A stretch of DNA of 63,160 nucleotides, filler included, from Lenisia limosa (lineage: Eukaryota > Protista > Breviatea): assembly GCA_001655205.1 (NCBI GenBank). It is 5 parts of 5 records of this genome, joined end to end, with 100 filler letters (N's around TTAATTAATTAA, not from the genome) between each part and the next. Parts side by side here need not be neighbours in the genome. Positions count along the whole stretch, not along the records: positions 57,838 to 61,704 come from LPNZ01007805.1; positions 61,805 to 63,160 come from LPNZ01003937.1; 3 more parts are not named here. The stretch is one strand, 5' to 3'. Position 1 is the stretch's first letter, and each line of letters begins with the position of its first letter. Below, in pieces: positions 61,691 through 63,160 of the stretch. The notes under the pieces were generated by a model, which ran no database searches, had not been told where the DNA came from, and saw nothing but the letters and a program-made list of their open reading frames with translations. Both the position numbers and the translations under genes were made by a program.

Positions 61691-61748
61691 CTGGGGGGGG
61701 GGGGNNNNNNNNNNNNNNNNNNNNNNNNNNNNNNNNNNNNNNNNNNNN

Positions 61749-61760
61749 TTAATTAATTAA
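61749..61760. other. Artificial scaffold-joining linker
   Basis: TTAATTAATTAA inside an N run. Confidence 0.9.
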
Positions 61761-61923
61761 NNNNNNNNNNNNNNNNNNNNNNNNNNNNNNNNNNNNNNNN
61801 NNNNCTTCGGTTCGAAAAAAGACTGAATTTCTCGATAAATCCTCGAAAACTATCGATATTTTACTGGTCAAATGAAGCCCACACCTCCCCTAGATTATAT
61901 TATTAAAACGATAATCCCCCAGA

Positions 61924-62943
61924 TTATTATCATGCCACGCCAATATTGCGGCGACGCCAATCGGCCATGGAGGGGTGCTGCCGTAACCACTCACGGCTTC
62001 CTCATGCGGGTGACAGAAAACGGAAATAGACTGGCTTTTGACACTGTGTTGATGTTAAATCGCTCGGAGTTGGGGGGTGGAGTATCAGATGGAGTTTTAC
62101 TCCAACAGTGTTGAGCTTTTTCGTTTCAAAGAATTGTCAAGTTTACCCTCAACCCCATTTTGTTTGGAGCTTTAGATTTTTTATTTCGTGATTAGTACCT
62201 TTACGACAATAATGCCTCCCTCTTCCTTCAATTTTCTTCGTGTAATTTTCTTCGTTTTACCGTACGCCGAAGTGATGGGATGCGGTGCTGCAGAAGAAAA
62301 AGATTTATAATGGATTGATAATGGATTGATAATGGATAACTATACATGTATAAGGGATTTATAATGGAGCTTTAATGGAGTTATAATTATAACTCCATTA
62401 TAAATTTATTATAAATTAATTATAACTCCAGCCTGGGCTTTGTTTGTTTNNNNNNNNNNNNNNNNNNNNNNNNNNNNNNNNNNNNNNNNNNNNNNNNNNN
62501 NNNNNNNNNNNNNNNATCCCGCCCCGTCTCACCCCATCAGTCCCATTCTTGACTTGTCTGTTTCTCCCTTCAACACGCATGTTGCTGTTACAACTGAGGC
62601 AGGTGTCCGAACTATCGACCTTTTCACGTAGGGCTTCAAGGGGGCTTTTATGAGCCTCAAGCATATTCAATACCTGTGGTTTAACTTTCCTTTCATAATA
62701 TCCAAACATCTCTTAACATCTCTAACATCTCTAACATCAAACACATCAATAACATCAATAACAACACCCGTAATAACATCTCTAATATAAACAGCAATAG
62801 CACCTTCAATAATAAGTATACAAACAATAACATCAGCAGCGCTGAGACGGCTTTCATCCCCGCCGCCGCCAAATCAGCCACTTTGTTTAGCTTCAAGCAC
62901 CTCTACGCTGCCCTTGAGATGAATGGCAAATGGCAACTTCACA
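61924..62943 (+). CDS. Exons of an unidentified gene, possibly beta-propeller/WD40-like
   Basis: Exon-like IIIMPRQYCGDANRPWRGAAVTTHGFLMR|, PILDLSVSPFNTHVAVTTEAGVRTIDLF| (62541-62627) and SAETAFIPAAAKSATLFSFKHLYAALEMNGKWQLH|, each with AG/GT ends. Confidence 0.4.
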
Positions 62944-63160
62944 GGTTGATGAGTTTTGAAAACGTTATTTTTGGAAAAGGAATCCAAATCCACCTTAAAA
63001 TTTATGATAATTGTATTTCCAGAAATGGGAGGTAGGTTGTATGAGAGAAGGTTGCAAGTTGGGGGAGGGGGAGGGTGAGGGTGTTGGATTGAGATGAATT
63101 ACAAATGGAAACTCCACAGGTAGAAACAGAGATGTGTAATGAGTGATGGATGCGGTGCTG

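Noticed and set aside
62693-62896. Leu/Met-rich minus-strand ORF
   Set aside because: It is the antisense of a low-complexity (AAC/ATC) intronic repeat of the + strand gene.
1-63160. Alternative genetic code suggested by many short ORFs
   Set aside because: Stops fall in introns or dead transposons. Spliced exons are open in the standard code, and PRP8 and PKA end at TAA and TGA.

Overview
Eukaryotic nuclear DNA, intron-rich, standard genetic code. It probably comes from a flagellated, mitochondriate protist, because it carries an axonemal dynein and a bacterial-type LeuRS. The window is not one locus: four N-TTAATTAATTAA-N linkers (21161, 39827, 57782, 61749) join five scaffolds. Scaffold 1 is gene-dense, with DNA ligase I (+), mitochondrial LeuRS (-), PKA catalytic subunit (-) and a P4-ATPase flippase (+, cut at the linker). 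Scaffold 2 holds a many-exon minus-strand gene with cadherin-like motifs, partly present twice. Two diverged, degenerate DIRS/Ngaro-like tyrosine-recombinase (YR) retrotransposons sit in its introns. Scaffold 3 holds the 3' end of PRP8, MITEs, two dead pogo-like DDE transposons and pseudogene fragments. Scaffold 4 is a DNAH10-like dynein fragment, and scaffold 5 is an unidentified + strand gene. The main observations are five. (1) A dispersed repeat forms the splice-site ends of introns in several unrelated genes (Introner-like). (2) Both YR elements interrupt that repeat at the same A-tract, suggesting targeted integration. (3) The RT catalytic core of one element is inverted between perfect 12-bp inverted repeats. 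(4) That element appears to contain spliceosomal introns. (5) Exon-intron junctions are repeatedly tandem-amplified. All exon calls and alignments were made by eye; no database searches were run.
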